Shown here one piece after another: positions 1 to 13,439 of a DNA stretch of 64,000 nt. Position 1 is the first letter of the stretch, and every line of letters starts with the position of its first letter. The DNA is from Chiloscyllium plagiosum (Eukaryota), in contig NC_057720.1 in assembly GCF_004010195.1 (NCBI RefSeq), positions 20,649,839-20,713,838 on the forward strand, written 5' to 3'. A program made the translations under genes and the position numbers. Below the pieces are notes generated by a model. The model was not told the origin of the DNA and did not search any database. It was given only the letters and a program-made list of their open reading frames with translations.

Positions 1-279
1 CAGTTTTTGAGCAAAGTGCAATGTAACTCTGCAAGTACAAATTCACTCCACAAAATATATGTGTGCATGTGGGTCTTTGTCTGTCTGTGTGTGTGTCTGT
101 CTGGGATGGGGGTTGTGAGTGTAAGAAAGTGTGTGTGTGTAGTGAGTGCAGAGTGTCTTAAGTCTGTGAGGGGGTGCATGTGTGGATGGGTGTGTGTGGG
201 TGTCTGTGTGCATGTCTGTGTGTACCTGTGTCCTGTATGTGAGAGTGTGTGTGTCTGTGTGTGTGTGGTGCAATGGTGA

Positions 280-2185
280 TCACCTGTAATGTGACTTGAA
301 CCCAAGGTCCCGGTTGAGGCCCTCCCTATGGGTACCAAACTTAGCTATCAGCCTCTGCTCGGCCACTTTTCTCTGCTGCCTGTCCCGAAGTCCACCTTGG
401 AGGATGGTCACCCGAAGGTCCGTGGCTGAATGTCCTGGACCACTGAAGTGTTCCCCAACTGGGAGGGAACCCTCCTGTCTGTTGATTGTTGTGCGGTGCC
501 CATTCATCCGTTGTCGTAGCCTTTGCTCGGTTTCCCCAATGTACCATGCCTCCGGGCATCCCTGCCTGCAACGTATAAGATAGACAACGTTGGCTGAGTC
601 ATATGAGTACCTGCCATGTACACGGTGGGAGGTGTTCCCACGCGTAATAGTGGTATCTATGACCACAATCTGACATGTCTTGCGGCATCCACCATGACAG
701 GGTTGTATGGAGTTGTCCTGAGAGCCGGGCAGCTTGCTACGAACAATGATCTGTTTGAGGTTTGGTGGTTGTTTAAAAGCAAGTAGTGGAGGTAGGGAGA
801 AGGTCTTGGTGAGGTGCTCATCCTCATTGAAAATGTGTTGCAGGTCATGAAGAACATGGCGTAATTTTTCAGCCCCTGGGAAGTACTGAACAACGAAGGG
901 TACCCTGTACCATGTCTGTCTCCTGAGGAGGTCATTACGGTTCCTTGCTGTGGCACATCGGAACTGGCAGTCGATGAGTTGAGCATCGTACCCAGTTCTT
1001 GTGAGGGCATCCTTGAGTAATTCCAGGTGTCTGTCACGTTCCTCCTCATCTGAGCAGACCTGGTGTATGCGTAGGGCTTGTCCATAGGGGATGGCTGTTT
1101 TAATATGTTTTGGGTGGAAGCTGGAGAAGTGTAGCATTGTGAGGTTGTCTGTGGGTTTGCGGTAGAATGTGGTGCTGAGGTGTCCATCCTTGATGGAGAC
1201 ACATGTGTCCAAGAATGAGACAGACAGTCAAGAGTAGTCCATGGTGAGTTTGAGGATGGTGGGATGAAACTTGTTGATGTCACTGTGTAGTTTTATCAGT
1301 GACTCCTCGCCATGGGTCCAGAGGAAGAAAATGTCGTCAATGTACCTGGTGTACAGTGTTGGTTGGAGATCCTGCATAGAGAAGAAGTCTTGTTCGAACC
1401 TGTGCATAAAAATGTTGGCATATTGGGGTGCAAATTTGGTCCCCATGGCAGTTTCGTGTATCTGGATGAAGAACTAGTTGTCAAAGATGAAGACATTGTG
1501 ATCAAGGATAAAGTGGATGAGTTGTAGGATGGTGTTTGGAGATTGGCAGTTGTTGGTGTTGAGTACTGAGGCTGTTGCCGCGATGCCATCATTGTGGGGG
1601 ATGCTGGTGTAGAGTGCGGAAACGTCCATTGTGACGAGGAATGTTCCCGGTTCGACTGACCCGTGGGTGCTGAGCTTCTGTAAGAAATCGCTAGTGTCAC
1701 GACAGAATCTGGAGATCCCCTGTACAAATAGGTTTCAAGATGCCTTCCACATAGCCGGAGAGATTTTCACACAGGGTCCCATTGCCCAACACGATGGGAC
1801 GTCCTGGTGTGTTGGCTTTGTGTACCTTTGGAAGGCAGTAGAAGTCGCCTACACGAGAAGTACGTGGGATGAGGGCAGATAGGGAGCTCTGAAGGACTGG
1901 ATCCAAAGTTCTGATCAGTGTGTTTAATTCTCAGGAGTGTTCTTTGGTTGGATCAACTGGTAGTTGCCTGTAGTGTTCCTGGTTGTTCAGTTGTCAGTAC
2001 ATTTCCTTGCAGTAATCTGTTCTATTCTGAATGACAATGGCTCCTTCTTTATCTGCAGGTTTGATGACAATGTTGTGATTGGTTCTGAGCCTGGATGGCA
2101 TTGCGTTGTGAACGGGTGATGTTTTGCTCTACCTTGTTGGTACGGCTGATGAATCTGCCATTTATATATTTCCTGACGGTTTGAG
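280..2185 (-). pseudogene. Disrupted PLE RT + GIY-YIG endonuclease ORF
   Basis: Fragments 1697-1906 (FYCLPKVHK...PGRPIV), 1228-1446 (RT YIDD motif) and 280-1212 (thumb + GIY-YIG) are separated by stops or frameshifts. Confidence 0.88.
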
Positions 2186-2488
2186 CACACACACACACAC
2201 ATTTTCTCACACTCACAACCCCCACCCCAGACAGACAGACACACACAGACAGACAAAGACCCACATGCACACATATATGTTGTGGGGTGAATTTGTACAT
2301 TGTACTTTGCTCAAAAACTGCATGCATTCATGCAGAACTGTGAGCTCAAAAACTGCATGAATTTATGTAAAACTCCGTTATCTTACTTTTTAGATTAGAA
2401 TCAATCTAAACATCATGGCATAGACAGAGAACACAGGGGGCTTACATTTTTGCTATAAATTCTGTGTTACGATCGAGCCCTCCACTAT

Positions 2489-2523
2489 CACCTGATGAAG
2501 GAGCGTCGCTCTGAAAGCTAGTG
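2489..2523 (+). ncRNA. Minimal type I hammerhead ribozyme motif in the PLE pseudo-LTR
   Basis: cac-CTGATGA-A-GGAGC-gtc-GCTCT-GAAA-GC-TA-gtg: core, stem II, palindromic AGCT in place of stem III, stem I cac/gtg. PLE-associated minimal hammerheads are established. Confidence 0.65.
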
Positions 2524-3366
2524 TGCTTCCAATTAAACCTGTTGGACTATAACCTGGTGTTGTGTGATTTTTAACTTTGTACAATTCTAGTAAATCTCAT
2601 CTGGCAGCCCTGCAAAGCATTGAGGTCCTTCCCATAATGTGGTGCTAGATATGCTAGATTGAAGTCTAACCAGCGATTTATAAAGGATTAGCAGAGCTTC
2701 CTTGTTTTGTGCATTCTCTTTTATTCGAATTAACTTCATAATATGAATGGAAAATACTTAATTCCTAGTTTCAAAGTTCAAAGTTAGGATAACGTTCTAG
2801 TTGCCAATTATTGCAATTAGTGTCTGGTTCAGCCTTTCACCTTTGTGATGATAACTTTGCAACATGCAGTTTCTGTCGGCACCTGTCAGAGACAGAGGCC
2901 CAGCACAGCTGGAAGAACAGCCCATTTCACAGTTTAACATGAGTAGGAATGAATAACTGTCAAGGATCGCTGCAGCTTTCATACAATTCGGTTCAGCAGG
3001 ACCAGATTTTGAACTCCTGGAAGCCGGTCAAGGAAGAATGTACTGAGTTTCAGCAACACTTTCCACGGACCAGAGATTATCTTGGAGCCTAGAGGCTGTT
3101 AGCAGTAGTCCCCAGCATTAAACTTTTCACAGATTGCAACAGCTGAGTCCACTGGCGCGAATGCCTTTTAATTTGATATGCTCAAGGCAGATTACCTTCT
3201 AGAAGAAGGCTTGGAGTGATTTAGCAAAACAGCAGCCAACATCTTGTCGTTCCTTATTGTAGTGACGACATCCATCAATCACTGTGTCAACAAATTTATA
3301 ATTAGGAAGCCTATCTGGGGAGCAGGTAAAAACATAACTCTGCCTGGAAATCACGAGCTTAATCAA

Positions 3367-5493
3367 AGAATCATAGAGATGTACAGCAGGGAAACAGACC
3401 CTTCAGTCCAACTCATCCATGCCGACCAGATATCCCAACCCAATCTAGTCCCACCTGCCAGCACCCGGCCCATATCCCTCCAAACCCTTCCTATTCATGT
3501 ACCCATTCAGATGCCAATTAAATGTTACAATTGTACCAGCCTCCACCACTTCCTCTGGCAGCTCATTCCATGCACGTACCACCCTCTGTGTAAAAACATT
3601 GCCCCTCTTTTATATCTTTCCCTTCTCACCCTAAACCTATGCCCTCTAGTTTTGGACTACCCCAACCCAGGGAAAATACCTTGTGTATTTACCCTATCCA
3701 TGCCCCTCATAATTTTGTAAACCTCTATAAGGTCACTCCTCAGCCTCCAATGCTCCAGGGAAAACAGCTCCATTTTATTCAGCCTCTCCCTATAGGTCAA
3801 ATCCTCCAACCCTGGCAACATCCTTGTAAATCTTTTCTGAACCCTTTCAAGTTTCACAACTTCCGGTAGGAAGGAGACCAGTATTGCAAGCAATATTCCA
3901 AAAGTGGCCTAACCAATGTCCTGTACAGCCGCAACATGACCTCCCAACTCCTGTACTCAATACTCTGACCAATAAAGGAAAGCATACCAAACACCTTCTT
4001 CACTATCCTATCTACCTGCGACTCCACTTTCAAGAAGCTATGAACCTGCACTCCAAGGTCTCTTTGTTCAACAACACTCCCTAGGACCTTACCATTAAGT
4101 GTATAAGTTCTGCTAAGATTTGGTTTCCCAAATTGCAGCACCTCGCATTTATCTAAATTAAACTCCATCTGCCACTCCTCAGCCCATTGGCCCATCTGAT
4201 CAAGTTCCTGTTGTAATCTGAGGTAACCTTCTTCGCTGTCCACTACACCTCCAATTTTGGTGTCATCTGCAAACTTACTAACTTATATCTCTTATGCTCA
4301 CTACCACCACCACCCTCTGTCTTCTACCTTTGAGCCAATGCCTGTATCCAAATGGCTTGTTCTCCCTGTATTCCATAAGATCTAACCTTGATAACCAGTC
4401 TCCCACAGGGGACCTTGTCAAACGCCTTACTGAAGTCCATATAGATCACATTCACAACTCTGACCTTATCAATCTTCTTTGTTACTTTTTCAAAAAACTC
4501 GATCAAGTTTGTGAGACATGATTTCCCATGCACACAGCCATGTTGACTATCCCTAATCAGTCCTTGCCTTTCCAAATACGTGTACATCCTGTCCTTCAGG
4601 ATTCCCTCCAACAACTTGCCCACCACCGAGGTCAAGCTCACCGGTCTATAGTTCCCTGGTTTATCCTTACCACCTTTCTTAAATAGTGGCACCATGTTTG
4701 CCAACCTCCAGTCTTCCGGCACCTCATCTGTGATATCGATGATTCAAATATCTCAGCAAGAGTCCCAGCAATCACTCCTCTATCTTCCCACAGAGTTCTA
4801 GGGTACACCTGATCAGGTCCTGGGAATTTATCCACTTTTATGTGTTTCAAGACATCCAGCACTTCCTTCTCTGTAATATGGACATTTTGCAAGATGTCAC
4901 CATTTATATCCCCACATTCTATAACTTCCATCTTCTTTTCCACAGTAAATACTGATGCAAAATATTCATTTAGTATATCCCCCATCTCCTGTGGCTCCAC
5001 ACAAACACTGTCTAGCTGATCTTTGAGGGGCCCTATTCTCTCCATATTTACCCTTTTGTCCTTAATGTATTTGTAAAAACTCTTTGGATTCTCCTTAACT
5101 CTATTGCCCAAGCAATCTCATGTCCCCTTTTTGCCCTCCTGATTTCCCTCTTAAGTAAAGTCCTACTGCCTTTATACTCATCTAAGGATTCACTATCCTG
5201 TCTATACCTGACATATACCTCTTTCTTTTTCTTAATCAAACCCTCAATTTCTTTAGTCATTCAGCATTCCCTATATCTACCAGCCTTTCCTTTCACCCTG
5301 ACAGGAATATACTGTCTCTGGATTTTCGTTATCTCATTTCTGAAGGCTTCCCATCTTCCAGCCGTCCCTATACCTGCGAACATCTGCGCCCAATCAGCTT
5401 TCGAAAGTTCTGGCCTAATACCATCAAAATTGACCTTTCTCCAATTTAGAACTTCAACTTTTAGCTCTGGTCTATCTTTTTCCATCACTATTC
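3367..5493 (-). mobile_element. CR1-clade (HER1-like) LINE, 5'-truncated and decayed
   Basis: RT fragments (GNYRPVSLTS, DFSKAFDKVP, LVRPLLEYC) and a CR1-type 3' tail at ~3367-3410. Confidence 0.9.
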
Positions 5494-5672
5494 TAGCTCT
5501 GCAGCTTATCTTTGTCTCTGTAAAATCTGCAACATCCTTCAGCACTATCCACAACTCCACTGACCTTAATGTCATCCGCAAATTTACTAACCCGTCCTTC
5601 TATGCCCTCATGTAGTTCATTTATAAAAATGACAAACAGAAGTGGCCCCAAAACAGATCCTTGTGGTATACC
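5494..5672 (-). mobile_element. CR1 LINE RT fragment, continuation of the 9104-10075 copy
   Basis: GIPQGSVLGPLLFVIFIN...SKFADD; joins 9104-9170 once the intervening LINE is removed. Confidence 0.7.
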
Positions 5673-8600
5673 ATAGAACATCGAAAAGTACAGCACAGAA
5701 CAGGCCCTTAGGCCCATGATGTTGTGCCGAGACTTGATCCTAATGTAAAATATAGTCACTAACCTATGCACCCCTCAACTCACTGTTATCCATGTGTATG
5801 TCCAGCAGTTGCTTAAATGTCCCTAATGACTTCGCTTCCACCACCACAGCTGGCAACGCAGTCCATGCATTCACAACTCTCTGCATAAAGAACTTACCTC
5901 TGATGTCTCCTTTATACCTTCCTCCTAATATCTTCAAACTATGACTCCCCATACCAGTCAATCCTGCCCTGGGGAAAAGTCTCTGGCTATTGACTCTATC
6001 TATTCCTCTCATTATTTTGTACACCTCGATCAGGTCTCCTCTCTTCCTCCTTCTCTCCAGAGAGAAAAGTCCGAGCTTATTCAACCTTTCTTCATAAGGC
6101 AAGCCCTCCAGTCCAGGCAGCATCCTGGTAAACCTTCTTTGCACCCTCTCCAAAGCCTCTGTATCTTTCCTATAGTAGGGCGACCAGAACTGGACACAAT
6201 ATTCCAATTGTGGTCTCACCAGGGACTTGTAGAGCTGCAGCAAAACCTCACGGCTCTTAAATTCGATCCCCCTGATTAAGAAAGCCAAAACATCATATGC
6301 TTTCTTAACAACCCTATCCATTTGGGTGGCAACTTTGAGGGATCTATGTACTTGTACACCCAGATCCCNNNNNNNNNNNNNNNNNNNNNNNNNNNNNNNN
6401 NNNNNNNNNNNNNNNNNNNNNNNNNNNNNNNNNNNNNNNNNNNNNNNNNNNNNNNNNNNNNNNNNNNNNNNNNNNNNNNNNNNNNNNNNNNNNNNNNNNN
6501 NNNNNNNNNNNNNNNNNNNNNNNNNNNNNNNNNNNNNNNNNNNNNNNNNNNNNNNNNNNNNNNNNNNNNNNNNNNNNNNNNNNNNNNNNNNNNNNNNNNN
6601 NNNNNNNNNNNNNNNNNNNNNNNNNNNNNNNNNNNNNNNNNNNNNNNNNNNNNNNNNNNNNNNNNNNNNNNNNNNNNNNNNNNNNNNNNNCAATTCTGAA
6701 TCCAGATAGCCAAATCTCCCTGTATCCCACACTTCCTGACTTTATGAATGAGCCTACCATGGGGAACCCTATCAAATGTCTTGCTGAAGTCCATATACAC
6801 CACATCCACTGCTCAACCTTCATCGACCTGTCTTGACACCTTCTCAAAGAACTCAATAAGATTTGTGAGGCATGACCTGCCCCTCACAAAGCCATGCTGA
6901 CTGCTTTTAATCACACTATGCTTTGTCAAATACATAAATCCTATCCCTCAGAATGCTTTCCACAACTTTGCTGACCACAGACGTGAGACTGACTGGTCTG
7001 TAATTGCCAGGGATTTCCCTATTACCATTCTTGAAAAGTGGAACAACATTCGCCTCCTTCCAATCCTCCAGTACGACACCCGTGCAGAGTGAGGAGGCAA
7101 ATATCCTCGCCAGCGACTTAGCAACCTCCTTTTTCGCTTCCCGGAGCAGCCTAGGATAAATCTGGTCTGGTCCTGGGGACTTATCAATCTTAATGTTTTC
7201 CAAAATTTCTAGTACATCATCTTCATCAATCTTGATCGATATCCCAGCTCCTCTATGTTTTCATTTACAACAAGTTCCCTTTCCTTGGTGAAAACCGAAG
7301 CAAAAAACTCATTTAGCGCTTCCCCTATCTGCTCAGACTCCACGCACAAGTTCCCTCCGCTATCCCTGATCGGCCCTACCTTCTCCTGATCATTCTCTTA
7401 TTCCTCACGTATGAGTAAAACGCCTTTGGGTTCTCCCTAATCCTTCTTGCCAACCCTTTTCCGTGTCCCCCTCCTCGCTATCCTCAGTCCATTTCTGAGC
7501 TTCTTTCTCGCAAGCATGTAATCCTCTAAAGCTGTGTTAGATCCTTGCTTCCTCCACCTTATGTAAGCTGCCTCCTTCCTTTTGACGAGAAGCTCCTCTG
7601 TTCTCGTCATCCAAGGTTCCTTAATCTTATACCTTCTTACCTGTCTCAATGGAACAAATCTGTGCATCACTCGCAACAACTGCACCTTAAATAGTCTCCA
7701 CATGTCTGCTGTGCCCTTTCTGTGGAACAATTGCTCCCAGTCTGTACTTCCCAACTCCTGTCTGATAGCGTCATAATTTCCTTTTCCCCAATTAAATATC
7801 TTCCCTCAGTAGCTGGACCTTTCACTCTCCAAGACTATGCTAAATGCGAGACAGTTGTGATCACTTTCACCAAAGTGCTCTCCCACCGCAAGATCTGACA
7901 CCTCTCCTGGCTCGTTGCCGAGCACCAAATCCAAAATGGCCTCTCCCCTGTCCGTCTGTCTACATACTAAGTAAGGAAACCCTCCTGAACACATCTGACA
8001 AAAATGGCTCCATCCATACCATCTGCACTTAGGAGGTTCCAGTCGATATTGGGAAGGTTGAAATCACCCATAACAACAACCCTGCTACTTTTGCATTTTT
8101 CCAGAATCTGCTCGCCAATAAGATCTTCAATTTCTCTACTGCTATTAGGTGGTCTGTAGAAAACCCCCAATACAGTGGCTTGCTGTTCCTAACTTCCACC
8201 CACACTGACTCAGCAGACAAACCTTCCTCAACAACCTTTGTTTCTGTAGCTGTGATGCACTCTCTGTTCAGCAATGCTACACCCCCTCTTCTTTTTCCAC
8301 CCTCCCTGTTATTTTTAAACGTTATAAACCCTGGAACATCAAGCAACCATCCCTGCCCCTGTGAAACCCACATCTCCGCTATGGCCACAACATCATAGCC
8401 CCAAGTACTGATCCATGCTCTAAGTTCGTCACTCTTATTCTGGACACTCCTTGCATTAAAACAGACACAGTTTAACTGATCCCTTTGTTTCATCATGTGA
8501 GAAACCTTCCTGATAGATTCAATATATCCTGTCACTGTCCGTCTGTAACTGACCCCCTCTGAGACATGTGGCTCCGATTCCCACCCCCCTGCCAAACTAG

Positions 8601-9060
8601 TTTAAACCCTCCCGAATTGCACGAGCAAATCTCCCAGCCAGGACATTTGTACCCCTCCAGTTCAAGTGCAACTCGTCCTTCATATACAGGTCCCACCTTC
8701 CCCAGAAGGTATCCCAATGGTCTAGGTATCTGAAGTCCTCCCTCCTGCACCAGCCTCGCAGCCACGTGTTAAGCTGCATTCGCTTACTGTTCCTCATCTC
8801 ACTATCTCGTGGCACCGGTAGCAAACCTGAGATCACTACTGTACTCGTCCTGGTCTTCAGCTTCCAACCTAACTCTCTGTAGTCACTTTTCAGATCCTCA
8901 ATCCCTTTCCTGGCTATATCATTGATGCCAATATGTACCATGATTTCTGGCTGCTCCCCCTCCCCCTTCAGAATCTTGTAAACCCGATCGGCGGCATCCC
9001 CCTCAGCCTCCCTAGATGTCCTTCGCTCCTCCCTTGCACCTCTCGGCAAATGGAGGCTCA
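5673..9060 (-). mobile_element. Near full-length CR1 LINE (partial SGNH-esterase ORF1, APE endonuclease, RT) nested in another CR1
   Basis: 8597-9049 (VHIGINDI...ISGLLP...DELHLN) is esterase-like; 7967-8595 (CFNARSV, YRPPN, GDFNLP) is APE; RT at 5764-7200; 3' tail at 5673. Confidence 0.9.
6369..6690. other. Assembly gap (322 N) inside a CR1 RT region
   Basis: Run of N. Confidence 1.
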
Positions 9061-9103
9061 GATGCCTGAACTAAGGTTTTTAAACCATTAGACTCACTAA
9101 ATA

Positions 9104-10075
9104 TCACCACTATTAATTGAACTCCAGGATGAACATTTCCCATCAACAGCCACCCTCTGTCTTCTTTCAGCTAGCTAATTTCTGATCCAAACCACTAAAT
9201 CACCCTCAATCCCTTGCCTCCGTATGTGCAATAGCCTACCATGGGGAACCTTATCAAAAACCTTACTGATATCCACAGGCACTACATCAACTGTTTTACC
9301 CTCATCCATCTGTTTGGTCACCATCTCAAAGAACTCAATAAGGTTTGTAAGGCACGACTTACCCTTCACAAAACCATGTTGACTATCCCTAATCAACTTA
9401 TTCCTCTCAAGGTGATTATAAATCCTATCTCTGATAATCTTTTCCAGCACTTTACCCACAACCGAAATAAGGCTCACTGGACTATAATTACCAGAGTTGT
9501 CTCTGCTCTCCTTCTTGAACAAGGGAATTTTTGCCATCCTCCAGTCTTCTGGAACTACTCCTGTAGACAGTGATGACATAAAGAGCAAAGCCAAAGGCTC
9601 TGCAATCTCCTCCCTGGCTCCCCAGAGAATCTTAAGATAAATCCCATCCGGCCCCGGGGACTTACCTATTTTCACACTTTGCAGAATTGCTAACATCTCC
9701 TCCTTGAAAACGTCAATCCCTTCTGGAGTAGTAGCCTGCAACTCAGGTATTCTCCTCGACAGCATTGTCTTTTTCCAGTGTGAACACTGACAAAAAAAAA
9801 TTCATTTAGCACTTCCCCTATCTCCTCAGACTCCACGCACAACTTCCCTTACTATCCTTAATTGGCCCTAATCTTTCTCCAGTCATTCTTTTATTCCTGA
9901 CATACCTGTAGAAAGCTTTAGAGTTTTCCTTGATTCTACCTGTCAACGACTTCTCATGTCCCCTCCTGGCTCTTCTTGGCTCTTTCTTTAGGTCTTTCCT
10001 GGCTAACTTGTAACTCTCAAGCGCCCTAACCGAGCCTTCACATCTCATCCCAACATAAGCCTGCTTCTTCCTCTT
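9104..10075 (-). mobile_element. CR1 LINE ORF2 fragment
   Basis: ORFs 9175-9765 (KSPGPDGI...SQHGFVKGKSCLTNLIEF) and 9818-10087. Confidence 0.88.
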
Positions 10076-10720
10076 GAAGTTTCTCATTCCTGGAACTATT
10101 CTTTTGGATCACTTCTGCATTCTTTCCAATGCATTCTCAATGTAATGTGGCATGTAGAATTGTAGACAATACACCAGCCTAGGTCTAACAAGTGTCTTAT
10201 ATAAGTTTAACATCACCTCCCTGCTCCTTTACTTTATGCCCCTATTAATATAGCTAAAACACTGTATGCTTTATTCTCTGCTCTTTCCCCCTGTCCTGCC
10301 ACCTCCAGTGATCTGTATCCATGTTCGCCTCAGTCCCGATGCTCATGTAGCCCAAATAGAATTGTACCCCTATGTTATTTTGGCTTTCTGATTTTCCAGT
10401 CAAAGTGACCATGTCACACCTCTCTGCTAGGACCTTCATCTACCACTGTTTGCCCACTCCACCAACTTGACGACAAGCTTCTGGGGTTCCACACTGTCCT
10501 CCTCAATTGAAAATTCTTCCAAATTTAGTGTCATCTCCAAACTTTGAAATTGTCCCCAGCACACCATGATCCAGTTCATTAATATAAAACAGAAGAAACC
10601 AGACTCCGAGTAGCGACCCCTCGAGGTCCTTTCTCTAACAAACCTTGCTCCAGCCTAAAAAAATCTGTTGACTATTCCTGTCTGATTCCAATCACTCAGA
10701 AGATTTTGTATCCACTTTGC
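10076..10720 (-). mobile_element. Older, heavily decayed CR1/L2 LINE RT fragment
   Basis: Residual similarity to RT C-terminal motifs (ADDTK-like, LVRP.L.YC.QF-like). Confidence 0.55.
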
Positions 10721-11526
10721 GACTGTCATTACATTTAATAGTACCTGTCAGTTACACTTTACATTACCTGTCAGTTTGGCCTTAAAATAAATGTTATGAT
10801 TGCAATTACAAACACTTGATTAAACACATCAGTTGCAAAAGGCTAGGATTCCAATTTTTTTTTTAAACTATGCCTTAGTATTGGTTTCTATCTGACCCTG
10901 TCTTGGGTAAGATTCAATAAGAGACAATTATCAGAAGCCAGTTATAAATTACAATTAATAAAACTTAATAATAGTATTGCAATTAATGTGAGCTAAGTTG
11001 CTAACAATTCAGTTTGGGCGTAATGGGGAGAGTCCATTTAACCTTTTCTACTTGACAGTGAATAGATGAAAGTATATTCCTCTGAGCCCAATCTAGGGAA
11101 CCACCTGCTTGATGGTGCTTCTGAGAGTGAAGTTGCTATAGTCAGCCCAGGATCCCACTGCAGACTGCTATGCAGTGACCCTTTCTGAAAAGTGAACATA
11201 TCCAGCAAGGAATGCAAGGGTTGATATCTGACACAGTTTGGTTCAATCATATTCACTGTCTTGGTTCTGGCAAGTAAATTGGGCACTTGTGTGGTAAACT
11301 GATGTGAACTGAACAGCAAATAAACAAGAGGATGTTAAGGGGGAGCATGGGTGTTGTGTGGGTAAAGCAGTGAGGGTAATTCCAGATTATACATTTTCAT
11401 GGGAAGGACAAAAGAATTAAAGGGGGTAAAAAAAACTTCAATTTTCACCATGTTGCTTTAAACGTACTGCAAAAACTGGTGCATCACTGTTTAGTATGTA
11501 GCCCAGTTGTAACTTTTGTGTTTCAG

Positions 11527-11664
11527 AATGCGTACATCGCAACTGCAATCAATGGGACAAATTTCTGCACCTCAGCCAAGGAAGCTTTCTTTCTAATTGT
11601 AAACAATGCGCTGAATGTGGCAGCGATCAACTGCTTTGGAGACTTTCTTCTGTTTCTTGGCAAA
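11527..11664 (+). CDS. SLC44A3: SLC44A3 internal coding exon (138 nt, phase 0/0)
   Basis: tttcag|[46 protein letters not shown]|gtaagt. CTL-family motif; the paralog is assigned by adjacency to CNN3. Confidence 0.92.
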
Positions 11665-11710
11665 GTAAGTACTTTAATACCACTGAGAGGCTGCCACTTC
11701 CATGCTGCAG

Positions 11711-12480
11711 TCATAGAGATGGACAGCATGGAAACAGACCCTTTGGTGATAAGGAGAGGCTGGATATGCTGGGACATTTTTCTCTGAGTGTAGGAGGTTG
11801 TGGGGTGACCTTATAGAGGTCTACAAAATCATGAGTAGCATAGATAGGGTGGATAGCCAACAGCTTTTCCCCATGGTTCAGGAGTCTAAAACGAGAGGGC
11901 ATGGGTTTAAGGGGAGAGGGGAGAGACGGAAAAGGGTCCACAGGGGTAATTATTTCACACAGACAGGGTGGTGAGTGTCTGGAACAGGCCGCCAGAGGTA
12001 GTGGTGCAGGCGAGTACAATTTTTGATATTTAGGAAACATGCCGACCAGGTATTCTAAATTAATCTAGTCCCATTTATCAGCACCCGGCCCATATTCCTC
12101 TAAACCTTTTCTATTTATATACCCATCCAGATGCCTTTTAAATGTTGCAATTGTACCAGCCTCCATCACTTCCTCTGGCAACTCATTCCATACACGCACC
12201 ACCCTCTGTGTGAAAATGTTGCCTCTGAGGTCCCTTTTATATCTTTCCCCTCTCATCCTAAACCTATGCCCTCTAGTTCTGGACTCCCCCACCTCAGAGA
12301 AAAGACCTTGTCTATTTATCCTATCCATGCCCCTCAAGATTATATAAACCTCTATAAGGTCACCCCTCAGCCTCTGAAGCTCAGGGAAAATAGCCCCAGC
12401 CTATTTAGCCTCTCCCTATAGCTCAAACCCTGCAACCCTGGCAACATCCTTGTAAATCTTTTCTGAACCCTTTCAGGTTT
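11711..12480 (-). mobile_element. CR1 3' fragment containing an oppositely oriented CR1 fragment at ~11745-12037
   Basis: CR1 tail at 11711-11744 resumes at ~12038; ORF 12065-12337 (ESRTRGH...FTQRVVRVWNELP). Confidence 0.8.
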
Positions 12481-12574
12481 GTAGCGGTGAAGGGATTTGC
12501 TAAATATTGATGTTTATTGTGAATCATTCTTTGCTATTCTCACAACTAAGAATATGTTTCCGGTAAAATGGTAA

Positions 12575-12725
12575 AGTCGTCATAGTCTAGTGTGTCATTA
12601 GAGAGAGGTGACTGGTGGTGATTTAACCTAAGGGTGACTATGCCTCAAGCAAGAAGAGAGGTTGAGAAGGACAGTCCTTCATGGTAACCTCAGCTGATGT
12701 GAGGATTGAACCCACGCTGTTGGCA
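12575..12725 (-). mobile_element. Short interspersed repeat with a tRNA B-box-like motif; related copies at ~44760-44920 (+) and ~49580-49700 (-)
   Basis: Shared gagaggttgagaa...ggtaacctcagctgatg segment; gggttcaat motif in two of the copies. Confidence 0.5.
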
Positions 12726-13210
12726 AAGTGTAATTCTTACTGGGATCATTGTGACATTCCCTACTACTTCAGAGTTCAAAACATTTAATTATATTGGGCA
12801 AATCAATGTCCCATTGAATACTTGATAACTAAACTAATCCAATATCACTTATGTGATACATTTGACTCAGGTTTAATTTATATTAATAACATGAGAAGCT
12901 TTGGAATTTTTATATTAAAGGCTGCTTATAAAGCAGGATATTGTTGTGAATCATGGTCCAGTTTGTAATCCAGATGGGACTGTAACCTAGGGTAAATTGC
13001 ATCTTTTCTTTGGTTGTGTAGCAATTTATAATAACAATAACTGATGGTAAAATTAGTCTGTTGAGTAAAGTAATATAGCTTGATGTTGGTACAGCCACTT
13101 TTGGAATATTGCTTGTAGTTCTGGTTACCCTACTATAGAAAGGATATAATTAAATAGAAAGAGTGCAGAAAAGATTTACTACAATGCTACCTGGACTGAA
13201 AAGTTTGAGT

Positions 13211-13439
13211 TGAAAATGTGTTGCTGGAAAAGCGCAGCAGATATTTCCAACGCCCCTCCCCAAGTCCCTCCTCCCTACCTTTTATCTTAGCCTGCTGGAC
13301 ACACTTTCCTCATTCCTGAAGAAGGGTTTATGCCCGAAACGTCGATTCTCCTGTTCCTTGGATGCTGCCTGACCTGCTGCGCTTTTCCAGCAACACATTT
13401 TCAGCTCTGATCTCCAGCATCTGCAGTCCTCACTTTCTC
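13211..13439 (+). mobile_element. Short PLE-derived insertion with hammerhead motif and 15-bp TSD
   Basis: TSD ctgaaaagtttgagt at 13196-13210 and 13440-13454. CTGAAGA-A-GGGT-ttat-GCCC-GAAAC-GTC at 13316-13343. The first 30 nt are the inverse of 13374-13403. Confidence 0.8.

Larger units (their letters stand above)
1..2582 (-). mobile_element. Penelope-like retroelement (PLE), 5'-truncated, with an inverted copy of its 3' UTR/pseudo-LTR at 2186-2582; 3' end runs off the left edge
   Basis: Minus-strand frameshifted ORF pieces give RT (MGTKFAPQYANIFM...YTRYIDDIF) followed by GIY-YIG endonuclease (VVYLIRC...WYIGET...RLRQRMNGHR...GLN). 1-140 is the reverse complement of ~2186-2320. Confidence 0.9.

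Noticed and set aside
7..279. Cys/Val-rich and His/Thr-rich ORFs (also 1987-2360)
   Set aside because: Translations of the (GT)n-rich PLE 3' UTR.
5764..6856. Long ORFs across 6369-6690
   Set aside because: Artefacts of the N gap.
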